Assembly: GCA_963707395.1 (NCBI GenBank)
Contig: CAVPPQ010000006.1
Location: 298 to 64,297 of the forward strand
Reading direction: 5' to 3'
Length of the DNA stretch: 64,000 nucleotides
From: an uncultured Chloroflexia bacterium
Lineage (GTDB): Bacteria > Chloroflexota > Limnocylindria > Limnocylindrales > CSP1-4
Position 1 is the stretch's first letter; every line of letters starts with the position of its first letter. The notes beneath the pieces were generated by a model that saw only the letters and a program-made list of their open reading frames with translations, searched no databases and had not been told where the DNA came from. Below are positions 9,780-19,661 of the stretch, piece after piece. Position numbers and translations under genes: made by a program.

Positions 9780-10619
9780 GTGAGCGGCCAGCACAACAGC
9801 CCCGGACCGCTCCGCTACCACGCCGTCCGCCTCGTCCTCAAGGCGCTCGTGAGCGCCTACGTACGCACCACGGTCCGCGGCGCCGAGCAGCTGCCGCCCG
9901 GCGGCCCCTACATCATCTGTTTCAATCACCCCTCGTGGCTGGATCCCGTCGTCCTGGCGGCGACGTGGCCGGACCGCGAGCGCCTGCTCTACATCTTCGG
10001 TCCGCGCGAGCAGGACATGGGCACGGGCATCCGCAACCACGTCATCACCTGGACGCGGCGTGGCGTCCCGTTCAAGCCCGCGGCACAGGACGTCATCGAC
10101 ACCACGCGCCGCGCCGTGTCCGTGCTGCGGACCGGCGCTTGCCTGGCCATCGCCGGCGAGGGTCGCCTCAGCGACCACGAGGGCCGCATCCTGCCGCTCG
10201 AGACGGGGCTGGCGCACTTCGCCATGATGGCTCGCGCGCCCATCGTGCCCACGGCCATCATCGGCACCCGTTGGGTGCACTTCGGCAGCCACGTGGACGT
10301 CAACATCGGCGAGCCGGTCCATCCGGGAGGCTTCGCTCGTGGCAAGGCCGGTGCCCGGGCGATGACCGACGTCGTCCAGGAACGCTTGGAGGCGATGCTG
10401 GTCGGCGTCCCGGAGCGTGAGCCGCCGGGCTGGTTCGGGCGGACCCTCTCGGAGGCCTTCAACGATCGACCCTGGCTGCTCGAAACCGGGGCAGTGGACG
10501 CGGCCGCAGCGCCAGTGGAAGCGGCCGCAGCCCCAGTGGCCACGGCCCAGGCGCCAGTGGAAGCGGCCGCTGCGCCCGACGAGGAACCCCCTCCGCCCCA
10601 CGAGGAGAGCCGCCCGTGA
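9780..10619 (+). CDS. plsC: Lysophospholipid acyltransferase (PlsC family)
   Basis: NHPSWLD (HX4D), GEGR, APIVP motifs; low-complexity AAAAPVE tail. Confidence 0.8.
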   Translation: MSGQHNSPGPLRYHAVRLVLKALVSAYVRTTVRGAEQLPPGGPYIICFNHPSWLDPVVLAATWPDRERLLYIFGPREQDMGTGIRNHVITWTRRGVPFKPAAQDVIDTTRRAVSVLRTGACLAIAGEGRLSDHEGRILPLETGLAHFAMMARAPIVPTAIIGTRWVHFGSHVDVNIGEPVHPGGFARGKAGARAMTDVVQERLEAMLVGVPEREPPGWFGRTLSEAFNDRPWLLETGAVDAAAAPVEAAAAPVATAQAPVEAAAAPDEEPPPPHEESRP

Positions 10620-11767
10620 GCCAGGACCCGAACCGAACGCCCGTCCGTGGCCTGGTCTACCACGGCCCGGACAGGCCACCCACGCTGGAGGACCTGTGGC
10701 TCGACCCGCCCGGCCCACGCGAGGTTCGCGTGCGGATGGTCGCCTCCGGCGTGTGCCACTCGGACCTCCATGTCGTCGATGGCGAGTGGCGTCGCCCGGC
10801 TGACGTCGTCCTCGGGCACGAGGGTGCCGGCATCGTCGAGGAGCTCGGGGATGGCGTGACCGAGCGCCCGCCCGACGCACCGCTCGAGGCGGGTGGCCTC
10901 CGGGTCGGTGACCTCGTCACGCTCGCCTGGACCGCACCGTGCGCGGTGTGTCCGGCCTGCCTTCGTGGCGAGGCGTGGCTCTGTGCCGCACCGCGGGGCT
11001 CGGGCCACAGGCTCGACCCGGCGTCCATGCGCCTTCACCGCCCGGATGGGTCCGGGCTCGGGGTCTACTCGGGGATCGGCACGTTCTCCACTCGTCAGGT
11101 CGTCGCGGCCGAGGCGGCCATCCCGATCGATCCCCGGACGCCGCCCGGCGTGGCCGCCCTCATCGGCTGTGCGGCCACCACCGGCGTCGGGGCGGTGCGC
11201 AACACGGCGGCTGTGAGGGCAGGGGAGTCGGTCGTCGTCGTCGGTCTGGGCGGCGTGGGCCTGGCGGCGTTGATGGCGGCCGTGGACGCCGGGGCTGCCT
11301 CCATCATCGCGGTGGATGTGGAGCCGGCCAAGCTGGAGCAGGCGCGCTCGCTCGGGGCGACGGTCACCGTGATGCCGGACGAGGTCATGGCCCTGGCGTC
11401 CGGGATGGCGTCAGGTGGTCCCGACCACGTGCTCGAGTGCATCGGCCTGACGGACACCGTGGAGCTCTCGCTGCGCGCGGTCCGGCCCGGCGGCACGGTC
11501 ACGCTGGTGGGCATGACCGCGATGGACGCCACCGCTGCCATCGACGTCTATCGCTTCGTGGAGGACGGCAAGCGCCTGCTCGGCTCCAACTACGGCTCCT
11601 GTCTCCCGGCACGCGACTTTCCCCGGATCGCGGCTGATGCGGTCGCGGGCCGACTGCCCCTGGGGCGCCTCATCAGCGAGTCGATCCGCATCGAGGACAT
11701 CGAGGCGGCCTTCGCGGCCATGCGCCGCCGAGACGGGGCTCGCCGGGTCGTCAGCTTTCAGGACTGA
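10616..11767 (+). CDS. Zinc-dependent alcohol dehydrogenase
   Basis: GVCHSD, GHEGAG, CxxCxxC-x7-C, GLGGVG; overlaps the plsC stop (GTGA). Confidence 0.92.
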   Translation: MSQDPNRTPVRGLVYHGPDRPPTLEDLWLDPPGPREVRVRMVASGVCHSDLHVVDGEWRRPADVVLGHEGAGIVEELGDGVTERPPDAPLEAGGLRVGDLVTLAWTAPCAVCPACLRGEAWLCAAPRGSGHRLDPASMRLHRPDGSGLGVYSGIGTFSTRQVVAAEAAIPIDPRTPPGVAALIGCAATTGVGAVRNTAAVRAGESVVVVGLGGVGLAALMAAVDAGAASIIAVDVEPAKLEQARSLGATVTVMPDEVMALASGMASGGPDHVLECIGLTDTVELSLRAVRPGGTVTLVGMTAMDATAAIDVYRFVEDGKRLLGSNYGSCLPARDFPRIAADAVAGRLPLGRLISESIRIEDIEAAFAAMRRRDGARRVVSFQD

Positions 11768-11805
11768 CCGGGGAGCGTCGGCCGCCGCCCCGTCTCGCGT
11801 CGGCG

Positions 11806-13963
11806 CTACTTCTGCCGGTCGAGCACCAGGACCGCGTCCAGCCAGACGGTCGTGCCCGTCGAGGCCGGGTCGCTCGTCCCGGTCGGGCGCAGCTCCAGGA
11901 CATGCTTGCGCCTGGGCACGCTGCCGACGTGGACGATGCGCCGGCTGTCCGACTTCTTCGCGTAGAGGTCGAGGGTCGTGACCCGCTTGCCATCGACGAG
12001 CACGTCGAGCTGGCCGCCGGATGATCCGCGTCGCGCCACGATGGCGTACTGCGCGCCCTCGAACGGCATCCGCATCCGGGCCCCGCGCTCGGAGGCCTGC
12101 GTGAGCGTCTTGCCGATGGCCCCGTTCATCCGGGCCGTCTTCCAGTCACCCTTGAAGCTGAAGTCACGGGAGCGCTCGCGCACGTCCCGAAGCTGGATGC
12201 GCGGACCGAGCGACGAGCTGCCAGTGAGGCCGACCTTGTCGGTAGCGATGCCGGAGATCGTGCAGCCCGTGCGGTCGATGTTCATGGCGAGCTCTGCCGC
12301 CTGGGCCTGGCGCGTGCGACTGGCCCGACGCGGCCCGCAGGCGGCCTCGACGCGCGACGATTCGAGGCCGGACGTGGCGTCAGAGGCTTCGATCTTGGCC
12401 GTCACCGGCACGCGGTCTGCGTCTCGCTTGAGCTGCCCGCCGGAGACCAGCGAGACCCACGGCCCCTTGACCTTCGGTGGCACGGAGTCGAGCTGGATGG
12501 CGTCACTGATGACAGGCGACGGGACGCCGCGGTAGCTGCGCAGCTGCAGCAGGACGCTGCGGGGTCCCTGCTGATCGCCGAGCTGCACCGGGAAGGGGTG
12601 CTGAAATGGCGCCCACGGGCCGAAGCCGCCGTCCTCCAGGGCGACCCGCACGTCCGTGCCGTCGTAGCGCGACAGGTCGGCCAAGGCAGTCGTGCTCGCC
12701 GACCACTCGGCGCCCTTGTTGAGGCGCATGTCGCGCTGCACTTCCTTGCGCAGCTTCTGCGCACTCGAGCGGTAGGTGTTGCCGTCCAGGTTCGACATGC
12801 CCGGGAACGAGAACGGGCCGACCTGCCAGAAATCCCAGCCCGACCAGCCGCGCGGCAGGTGGATGTTGTCGCACTTCCAGCAGGCCACCCACAGCGGATA
12901 GGCGTCGAAGTCATCCGGCTCGCCGACGACGCGCTTCCACATCTCGCGACTCGTGTAGATCATCGGGTAGCGGCCCGTTTGTCGGTAGAGCTCGTCCAGG
13001 AGCGTGTGCAGGCGGGTGCGCGCCAGGGCGGGGTTCGGCGTTCCGAGCGACTTGAGCGTCTCCACGTCCACGACGAGGGGTAGCAGTCCGCCGAGGCCAG
13101 TCGAGTTCTGCACCGTGGCCAGGAAGTGTCTGGCCTGCTCCTTGCCGCCCTTGTTGTAGTCGAAGAAGTGGTAGGCGCCCGGCAGCATGCCGGCCGCGCG
13201 GGCCGCCTGCGTGTTACGCAGGAAGGTCTCGTCCTGGAGCCACGTGCCCTGTGACGCCTTCGAGAACACGAACTCCATGCCGTTTCCGCGCAGCGTCCCG
13301 AAGTCGGGCGCGCCGTTCCAATGGGAGACGTCCACGCCCTTGACCCCCGGAGGCGTCGGCCAGGGCGTCGGCTTTGGGGTGGGCGGTGGCTTGGGCGTGG
13401 GCGACGGCTTTGGGGTCGGGGAGGGCTTTGGGGTCGGCAGGCGCCGGCGTCGGCTGCTGTGACTGCGGCGGCGGCCCGGCGCTGACCACATAGCTGATGT
13501 TCGAGCCAAGCGCGACCGAGCGCGCCAGCCAGCCGGGTCGGGCTGATGACCGCCCAGCGGCACGTTCGGGTCGTAGGCAGCTGCCGCGGATCCCACCGGG
13601 GTCAGGTTCGCCATCTGATCAGGTCGATGGCCTCCCTTCCGGCGGCCGACGATCGTGCGGCACGGCGACAGCGCCCCTGGGCCACGCCGGTGCCGGACAG
13701 GCCCAGGCAGCCGAAGAGCATGACGACGACCATCACCACGGCCGCGGCGGCCTGCTGTCGATGAGGTGTCTGCCGTCGCGGGGGGTTGCCACCTGCGCTG
13801 CCCCCTGCCGGGCTGACGGCGCGGCGACCACTTCCGGTACCTGAGGACGGGCACGGCGCGCCAGGTACACGTCTGAGGCGCGTGGGTCTGAGGCGCGCGG
13901 GGTCGGGCTCGCTGGATCGGCGCATCGACTGGGCTCTCGCGGAGGAGGCGGGAGCAAGGGCAT
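11806..13963 (-). CDS. Membrane-anchored GH25 muramidase: TM + PASTA-like domain + PTPKP linker + GH25 + C-terminal beta domains; N-terminal part frameshifted
   Basis: GVDVSHWNG, KASQG, GAYHFF, DVE, FWQ, LDGN GH25 motifs. ATG 13963 has a GGAGG RBS and an upstream TAGAAT. Joining frames gives TM VVMVVVMLFG and PASTA-like VP.IVG..EAIDLI.MANL...YDPNVPLG...GSNISYVVSAG. Confidence 0.75.
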
Positions 13964-14067
13964 GCCCTCCCTGGGGTGCTGCCCACCACGGCAGGGCAGC
14001 GAACCGGGATTCTACGACCTGCGAGCGAATTGGCCATTCGGTGTCGTTGCTCCGCGAATTTGGCAGT

Positions 14068-14205
14068 GCTGACTGGTCCGTGACTTGTCAGCCTCCGGGA
14101 CATGAGGGCGACCGTCACGATGACCGCCAAGGACCAGCGCCGCAGGCAGCACCTGACCGGTCTCGTGGCCGGCGAGCTCGACATCACCTCGATCACCGAC
14201 GGGTC
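14068..14205 (+). mobile_element. Remnant left end and first ~30 codons of an ISNCY (IS1202-like) transposase
   Basis: MRATVTMTAKDQRRRQHLTGLVAGELDI from ATG 14102 resembles IS1202-group N-termini; upstream GCTGACTGGTCCGTGACTTGTCAGC is IR-like; similarity breaks off at the tandem repeat. Confidence 0.5.
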
Positions 14206-14211
14206 CCGGGC

Positions 14212-14335
14212 CGGCCGCCGCGGCTCGTCCTCCACGGGTCAGCGGATGACGATCCCGCTTCGCTCGGGCAATCGGCCGCCGCGGCTCGTCCTCCACGTGT
14301 CAGCGGATGACGATCCCGCTTCGCTCGGGCAATCG
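14212..14335. repeat. 61-bp tandem duplication including the 3' end and stop of the XRE gene
   Basis: CGGCCGCCGCGGCTCGTCCTCCACG(G/T)GTCAGCGGATGACGATCCCGCTTCGCTCGGGCAAT x2, one mismatch. Confidence 0.9.
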
Positions 14336-14983
14336 ACCCGCTCGCAGCTCGCGCATGACTGCCGCGGTGCCGAGCGGGAAGCGAGCCATCAGCTGTTCGC
14401 GGAACTCCCGGAGGACTCGCCGATTGCGATGGGTGTCTGCCACCAGGAGGATGACGCGGTCGACGCGGTCATCGGCCATCTTCAGGGCGACCCGGCGTTC
14501 CTGCGACTGGAGGTCGTAGAGGACTGTCTCCGCCTCAAGCTTGCATGTACTGCGACGCCCCGCTCCGGAGGCTTCCACGCCGCCGACGACTTCTAGCTCG
14601 CCATCCCACGCCCGCAGGTCGCGGTCGAGTCGCAGCGGGACTTCCGTCCGCAGCCTGATGGTCGGCGGCAGCGTGGCCCGGAACCGTGCGAGGAGCTGGA
14701 GATGGGCGACGTCCCGCACCGGTGCACCATCCGGATAGGCGCGCGCGCTCAGGCGCAGTCCAAGCACGGCGAACAGTCGCGAGTAGAGCATGACCGAAGC
14801 GCCGCTCACCTCTCCGCGTTCAAGACGCGCAACGTGGCCGCCGCTGATCCCCGCGGCGCGGCCGACGCTCGTCTGGCTCAGGCCGGCCTCGCGACGGGCG
14901 ACTTGAAGCTCGGTCGCGAGCGTGCCAAGCAGGTGACGCCCGTTCTGAGACCCTCGATCGACCCGTCGGACCCTGGCCGGCAT
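14300..14983 (-). CDS. XRE-family HTH protein with C-terminal restriction-endonuclease-like (PD-(D/E)XK-like) domain
   Basis: ARREAGLSQTSVGRAAGISGGHVARLERG HTH; EVPL...RAWDG...LEAET.L.DLQ...LK C-terminal motif. Confidence 0.75.
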   Translation of the reverse strand: MPARVRRVDRGSQNGRHLLGTLATELQVARREAGLSQTSVGRAAGISGGHVARLERGEVSGASVMLYSRLFAVLGLRLSARAYPDGAPVRDVAHLQLLARFRATLPPTIRLRTEVPLRLDRDLRAWDGELEVVGGVEASGAGRRSTCKLEAETVLYDLQSQERRVALKMADDRVDRVILLVADTHRNRRVLREFREQLMARFPLGTAAVMRELRAGRLPERSGIVIR

Positions 14984-15168
14984 GGCGAGATCCTGAGGAT
15001 GCCCACTGATCCAGGACATCGCTCGGACTTATCTGCGCTTTGCCTGAGCCGCGTCTCCAGGCGCGCCAGTCAGCGAGCCGAAGGGGCTCGGGGCTGCGGC
15101 CAACGACCCGTCGCGACCAGAGGATGTCGTCACGACCCTGTCGTGGTGGTGCCGGGACGTGATCCGAA

Positions 15169-15215
15169 AGCGGAGCGGGCCGAACCGCGAGCGGAGCGGG
15201 CCGAACCGCGAGCGG
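15169..15215. repeat. 21-bp tandem repeat
   Basis: GCGGAGCGGGCCGAACCGCGA x2 plus a partial copy. Confidence 0.8.
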
Positions 15216-15277
15216 TCCCACGGCCCCGGCCGCGGCCCACGGACGCCCCCGTGGCCCGGTCCCCGCGTCTCTCCTCC

Positions 15278-15441
15278 CAGGACACTATCGGCCGATCTGC
15301 GCTCTGCGAGGGGCCACGGCTGCGCTGTGATCGGCTGCGCTTGGCGTCACACGCACCGAATGGCCGAGGAAACCCGCGATGGACATGAACTTGGGCGCAC
15401 TGTCGACCGTTGAGCAGGCGCGCTCGGCCGATACTGTCCTG
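15278..15441. repeat. 164-bp segment bounded by 18-bp inverted repeats (MITE/REP-like)
   Basis: CAGGACACTATCGGCCGA (15278-15295) vs TCGGCCGATACTGTCCTG (15424-15441), 17/18 complementary. Confidence 0.65.
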
Positions 15442-15502
15442 ACGCGTCAGAGTCCGGCAGGGCGCCAGCCCGTCGATCATCGAGGACCGCCCGGTCCAGC
15501 CC

Positions 15503-15592
15503 ACGCCCCGCGCCCCGCGCCCGCGCCCCGCGCCCCGCGCCCCGCGCCCCGCGCCCCCGCCCCGCCCCGCGCCCGACGCCCCGCCCGCCCCG
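15503..15592. repeat. Low-complexity (CGCCCCG)n tract upstream of dnaE
   Basis: Repeated 6-7-nt C-rich units. Confidence 0.75.
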
Positions 15593-15617
15593 AGGCCTCG
15601 GCCGGTACCATCGCTGC

Positions 15618-18600
15618 GTGCCCATCGCCCCGAACGACTTCGTCCACCTGCATCTCCACTCGGAGTTCAGCCTGCTCGACGGCCTGGGGCGTATCAACGA
15701 CCTGGTCAGCGAGGCGTCCGCCCACGGCTTCGAGGCCATGGCCATCACCGACCACGGCGCCCTCTACGGAGCGGTGGCGTTCTACCAGGCCTGCACCGCC
15801 AAGGGCATCAAGCCCATCATCGGGGTGGAGGCCTACGTCGCCCGCCGCAGCATGACCGACCGTGAGGGCAAGGCCGACGCGCAGCCCTTCCACCTGGTCC
15901 TGCTGGCCCGGGACTGGACGGGCTACCAGAACCTCTGCCGCATCATCACGGCGGCGCACCTGGACGGCTACTACTACAAGCCGCGGCTCGACCTCGACTT
16001 GCTCGCCCGCCACAGCGCGGGGCTCATCGGCCTCTCCGCCTGCCTCGGTGGCGAGGTGGCCAGGGCCCTCGAGGTGGACGACTGGGAGGCGGCGCGCCGC
16101 ATCACCGGCCAGTATCGAGACGTCCTCGGCCCGGACGGCTTCTTCCTGGAGCTCCAGGACCACGGCCTGCCCGAGCAGCGCGCGCTCAACCCCAAGCTCC
16201 TGCGCCTGTCGGCGGAGACGGGAACGGAGCTCGTCGTCACCAACGACCTGCACTACGTGCGCCGTGAACAACATGAGGCCCACGACGTGCTGCTCTGCGT
16301 GGGCACCGGCTCCAACCTCGACACGCCCAACCGGATGCGCTTCGAGACGCAGGAGTTCTACCTCAAGACGGCCGCGGAGATGGAGGCACTCTTCCCCGAC
16401 CAGCAGCGCGCGCTCCTGAACACCAGGCGCGTGGCCGAGATGACCGACCTGCAGATGACCTTCGGCGAGCTGCGTCTGCCGCACTTCCCCGTGCCCGACG
16501 GCTACACCGTGGAGACCTGGCTGCGGACCGAGTGCGAGCGCGGCCTCGAACGCCGCTACGGCACGGTCACCGAGGCCCTCCGCCAGCGTCTCGACTATGA
16601 GCTCGGCGTCATCATCTCCATGGGCTACGCGGCCTACTTCCTCATCGTGGCCGACTTCACGCGCTTCGCTCGCGAGCAGGGCATCGCCACCACCTGCCGC
16701 GGTTCGGCCCCCGGCTCCATCGTCACCTACACCCTCGGGATCACGCCGGTCGACCCCATCGCCTACGAGCTGCCCTTCGAGCGCTTCCTCAACCCCGACC
16801 GCGTGACGATGCCGGACATCGACGTCGACTTCGAGGACGCCCGCCGCGACGAGGTCATCAACTACGTGACCCGCAAGTACGGGCAGGACCACGTGGCCCA
16901 GATCATCACCTTCGGCACGATGCTGGCGCGCGCCGCCGTACGCGACGTGGGTCGCGTCATGGGCTACGGCTACGGGGAGGTGGACCGCATCGCCAAGGCC
17001 ATCCCCACGCAGCTGGGCATCACGCTCGAGGAGGCGCTCAAGGTCGCCCCGCCGTTCCGCGAGATGGTCGAGAGCGACCAGGGCATCCACAAGCTCGTGG
17101 ACATCGCGCGCCAGCTGGAGGGCGTCTCGCGCAACGCCTCCACGCATGCCGCCGGCGTCGTCATCAGCCGCGACCCGCTGACCGAGCTGATGCCCCTGCA
17201 GCGGGCCACCAACTCGGACGCCCTCATGACGCAGTACGAGATGCACGGCGTGGAGGCCCTGGGCCTGCTCAAGTTCGACTTCCTGGGCCTCTCCAACCTG
17301 ACCATCCTGCGCCAGGCCGTGGACCTCATCGAGCAGCACAAGGGGGTGCGCATCGACCTCGAGCGCATCCCCCTCGACGACACGACGACCTTCGAGCTGC
17401 TCTCCAGCGGCGAGACGACGGGCGTCTTCCAGCTCGAGTCGGCGGGCATGCGGCGCTACATCAGGGAGCTGCGGCCGACGTCCGTGTTCGACCTGGCCGC
17501 CATGGTGGCCCTCTTCCGGCCGGGGCCCATGGACAACATCCCCTCCTACATCCGGCGCAAGCACGGCCAGGAGAAGGTCACCTTCCTGCACCCGCTCCTG
17601 AAGCCCTACCTGGAGAAGACCTACGGCATCTTCGTCTACCAGGAGGACATCATGGCCGCGGCCATCGCCCTGGGCGGCTTCACGGGGCCGGAGGCAGACA
17701 CCCTGGGCTATGCCATCCGCAAGAAGAAGTCGTCGGTGCTGCGCGCCCAGAAGGACAAGTTCGTGCGCCAGGCGGCCGAGCGCGGCGTGGATGCCCAGGT
17801 CATCGATGCCGTCTTCAAGGCCTTCGAGCCCTTCGAGCGATATGGCTTCAACAAGGCCCACGCGACCTGCTACGGCCTCATCGCCTACCAGACCGCCTAC
17901 CTGAAGGCCAACTACCCGGTCGAATACATGACCAGCGTCCTGTCGGCCTTCCGCGACAACACGGAGAAGGTGGCCGGGGCCATCGCCGAGTGCCGCCGAC
18001 TGGGCATCGAGGTGCTCGGGCCGGACATCCGGGTCAGCCACCTCGACTTCACCGTGGAGGGCGACTCCATCCGCTTCGGCCTGCTGGCCATCAAGAACGT
18101 CGGCGAAGGGGCCATCCAGTCGATCATCGACGCCCGCGAGGCGGGTGGCGAGTTCACCTCGCTGGCCGACCTCTGCGCCCGCATCGACCTGCGCCTCGTC
18201 AACAAGCGCGTCCTGGAGTCCCTCATCAAGGTCGATGCCCTGCGATCCCTGGGCCATCCCGCGCAGCTGCTGGACGGCCTGGACGACGCCATGTCCCACG
18301 GCCAGGCACGCGCCCGCGATCGCGAGACCGGGCAGGGCTCGCTCTTCGACATGTTCGGGGATGAGGAGGCAAGCCTCGAGCGGCCCCTGCCCGTGCGCAC
18401 GGAGGCACCCTCGCGCGAGCGGCTGCGCTGGGAGAAGGAGCTCCTCGGGCTCTACCTCTCCGACCACCCCCTGGGCGAGCTGGCTGCCGAGATGGCCAGG
18501 TACGTCGACGCCTGGTCGGCCGACGTGGGCGAGCCGCTCGACCAGCAGCGTGTCGTGGTGGGCGGCATGGCCGTGGGCATCCGCCGTGTCATCACCCGGA

Positions 18601-19661
18601 ACCGCGACTCGATGGCCGTCGTGACGTTGGAGGACCTGCAGGGCAGCGTGGACGTCGTGGTCTTCCCGCGGACCTACGCGGAGACCGGCGACACGTGGCG
18701 TGAGGACGCGCTGCTGCTCGTGGCCGGTCGGGTCGACCACAAGGGCGACGAAACCGTGGTCCTGGCCGACTCCGTGTGGACCTGGGATGAGGCTCTGGCC
18801 CTGGGCCCGGAAGCCTTCGCGCAGGCGGTGGCGGCGGGCGACCGGGGACGCCGGGGGCCGCGTCGGAGTGGGCCGGGGCGCGCGAACGGCCAGGCGGAAC
18901 GCGCCGAAGGACGAGACGGCGCCCGCACGGCGGTGGCCGTGACCCGGCCCGCAGCGGTCGCTGGCAGCGCTGAGGTGCCCGTGGTGATCGCTCGGTCAGG
19001 GTCCGATGCGGTCGCCCCGTGGGATCCCAAGGCAGTCGATCCGTTGGGGGCCGCGGCGAGCGCGTCGCCTCAGGTCATCACCATCCCGCGCGTTTCCCCC
19101 CTGCGCGGCAGTCAGCCGCAGGGCACCCTGGTGATCACCATCGGGGCGCCACCGCCGCGACGTCCGGCGGCCGTGCCGCGGCCCACCACGGAGCATCGGC
19201 CGGTGGCAGCGCCCGCGCCCGCGGCTTCGGCTGGCTGGGACCTGCCCGCCGCGGGCGGCCCGGACGACGGGCCGCCCGAGCCGCTCTCCGGGCCACTGGA
19301 GCCTCCGGCCTTCCGCAGCCTGGCTCAAGACCGTGACGATGAACCCCCGTTGCCCGACGAGGTCGGGTCCGTCATCGTCGCCGAGGCCACGGCTGCCAGC
19401 GTGGCGATGGAAGCGGGCCCGGGGCAGGTGCTTCACGTCCGCTTCGGCAGCGCCCCGAATGAGCGCATCGTGGCCGCCTTTGGCGAGCTGCGGACGCTCA
19501 TCAAGTCGCGCCCGGGACAGACCCCGGTGGTGCTCCACGTCCCGGCAGGTGCCGGGCGCACGCAGGAGATGCGCCTCGGTGTGGGCGTCGCCTACGACGC
19601 GGAGTTGCTGGCCGACGCGCGCCGGCGCTTCGGGGACCTTCTGCGACTGCAGCTGGCCTGA
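15618..19661 (+). CDS. dnaE: DNA polymerase III alpha subunit
   Basis: FVHLHLHSEFSLLDG PHP domain, RGSAPGS, MPDIDVDF, KFDFLGL, YGFNKAH, OB fold; leaderless-type TACCAT at 15606. Confidence 0.97.
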   Translation: MPIAPNDFVHLHLHSEFSLLDGLGRINDLVSEASAHGFEAMAITDHGALYGAVAFYQACTAKGIKPIIGVEAYVARRSMTDREGKADAQPFHLVLLARDWTGYQNLCRIITAAHLDGYYYKPRLDLDLLARHSAGLIGLSACLGGEVARALEVDDWEAARRITGQYRDVLGPDGFFLELQDHGLPEQRALNPKLLRLSAETGTELVVTNDLHYVRREQHEAHDVLLCVGTGSNLDTPNRMRFETQEFYLKTAAEMEALFPDQQRALLNTRRVAEMTDLQMTFGELRLPHFPVPDGYTVETWLRTECERGLERRYGTVTEALRQRLDYELGVIISMGYAAYFLIVADFTRFAREQGIATTCRGSAPGSIVTYTLGITPVDPIAYELPFERFLNPDRVTMPDIDVDFEDARRDEVINYVTRKYGQDHVAQIITFGTMLARAAVRDVGRVMGYGYGEVDRIAKAIPTQLGITLEEALKVAPPFREMVESDQGIHKLVDIARQLEGVSRNASTHAAGVVISRDPLTELMPLQRATNSDALMTQYEMHGVEALGLLKFDFLGLSNLTILRQAVDLIEQHKGVRIDLERIPLDDTTTFELLSSGETTGVFQLESAGMRRYIRELRPTSVFDLAAMVALFRPGPMDNIPSYIRRKHGQEKVTFLHPLLKPYLEKTYGIFVYQEDIMAAAIALGGFTGPEADTLGYAIRKKKSSVLRAQKDKFVRQAAERGVDAQVIDAVFKAFEPFERYGFNKAHATCYGLIAYQTAYLKANYPVEYMTSVLSAFRDNTEKVAGAIAECRRLGIEVLGPDIRVSHLDFTVEGDSIRFGLLAIKNVGEGAIQSIIDAREAGGEFTSLADLCARIDLRLVNKRVLESLIKVDALRSLGHPAQLLDGLDDAMSHGQARARDRETGQGSLFDMFGDEEASLERPLPVRTEAPSRERLRWEKELLGLYLSDHPLGELAAEMARYVDAWSADVGEPLDQQRVVVGGMAVGIRRVITRNRDSMAVVTLEDLQGSVDVVVFPRTYAETGDTWREDALLLVAGRVDHKGDETVVLADSVWTWDEALALGPEAFAQAVAAGDRGRRGPRRSGPGRANGQAERAEGRDGARTAVAVTRPAAVAGSAEVPVVIARSGSDAVAPWDPKAVDPLGAAASASPQVITIPRVSPLRGSQPQGTLVITIGAPPPRRPAAVPRPTTEHRPVAAPAPAASAGWDLPAAGGPDDGPPEPLSGPLEPPAFRSLAQDRDDEPPLPDEVGSVIVAEATAASVAMEAGPGQVLHVRFGSAPNERIVAAFGELRTLIKSRPGQTPVVLHVPAGAGRTQEMRLGVGVAYDAELLADARRRFGDLLRLQLA

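Noticed and set aside
13964..14010. c-di-AMP (ydaO) riboswitch ahead of the GH25 gene
   Set aside because: The leader is only about 45 nt with one hairpin (GCTGCCC/GGGCAGC) and lacks the ydaO consensus.
14212..14335. CRISPR-like repeat
   Set aside because: Head-to-tail 61-bp duplication with no spacer.
15618..19661. Intein in the long DnaE
   Set aside because: No Cys/Ser...His-Asn splice motifs or LAGLIDADG blocks; the extra length is a low-complexity C-terminal insert.
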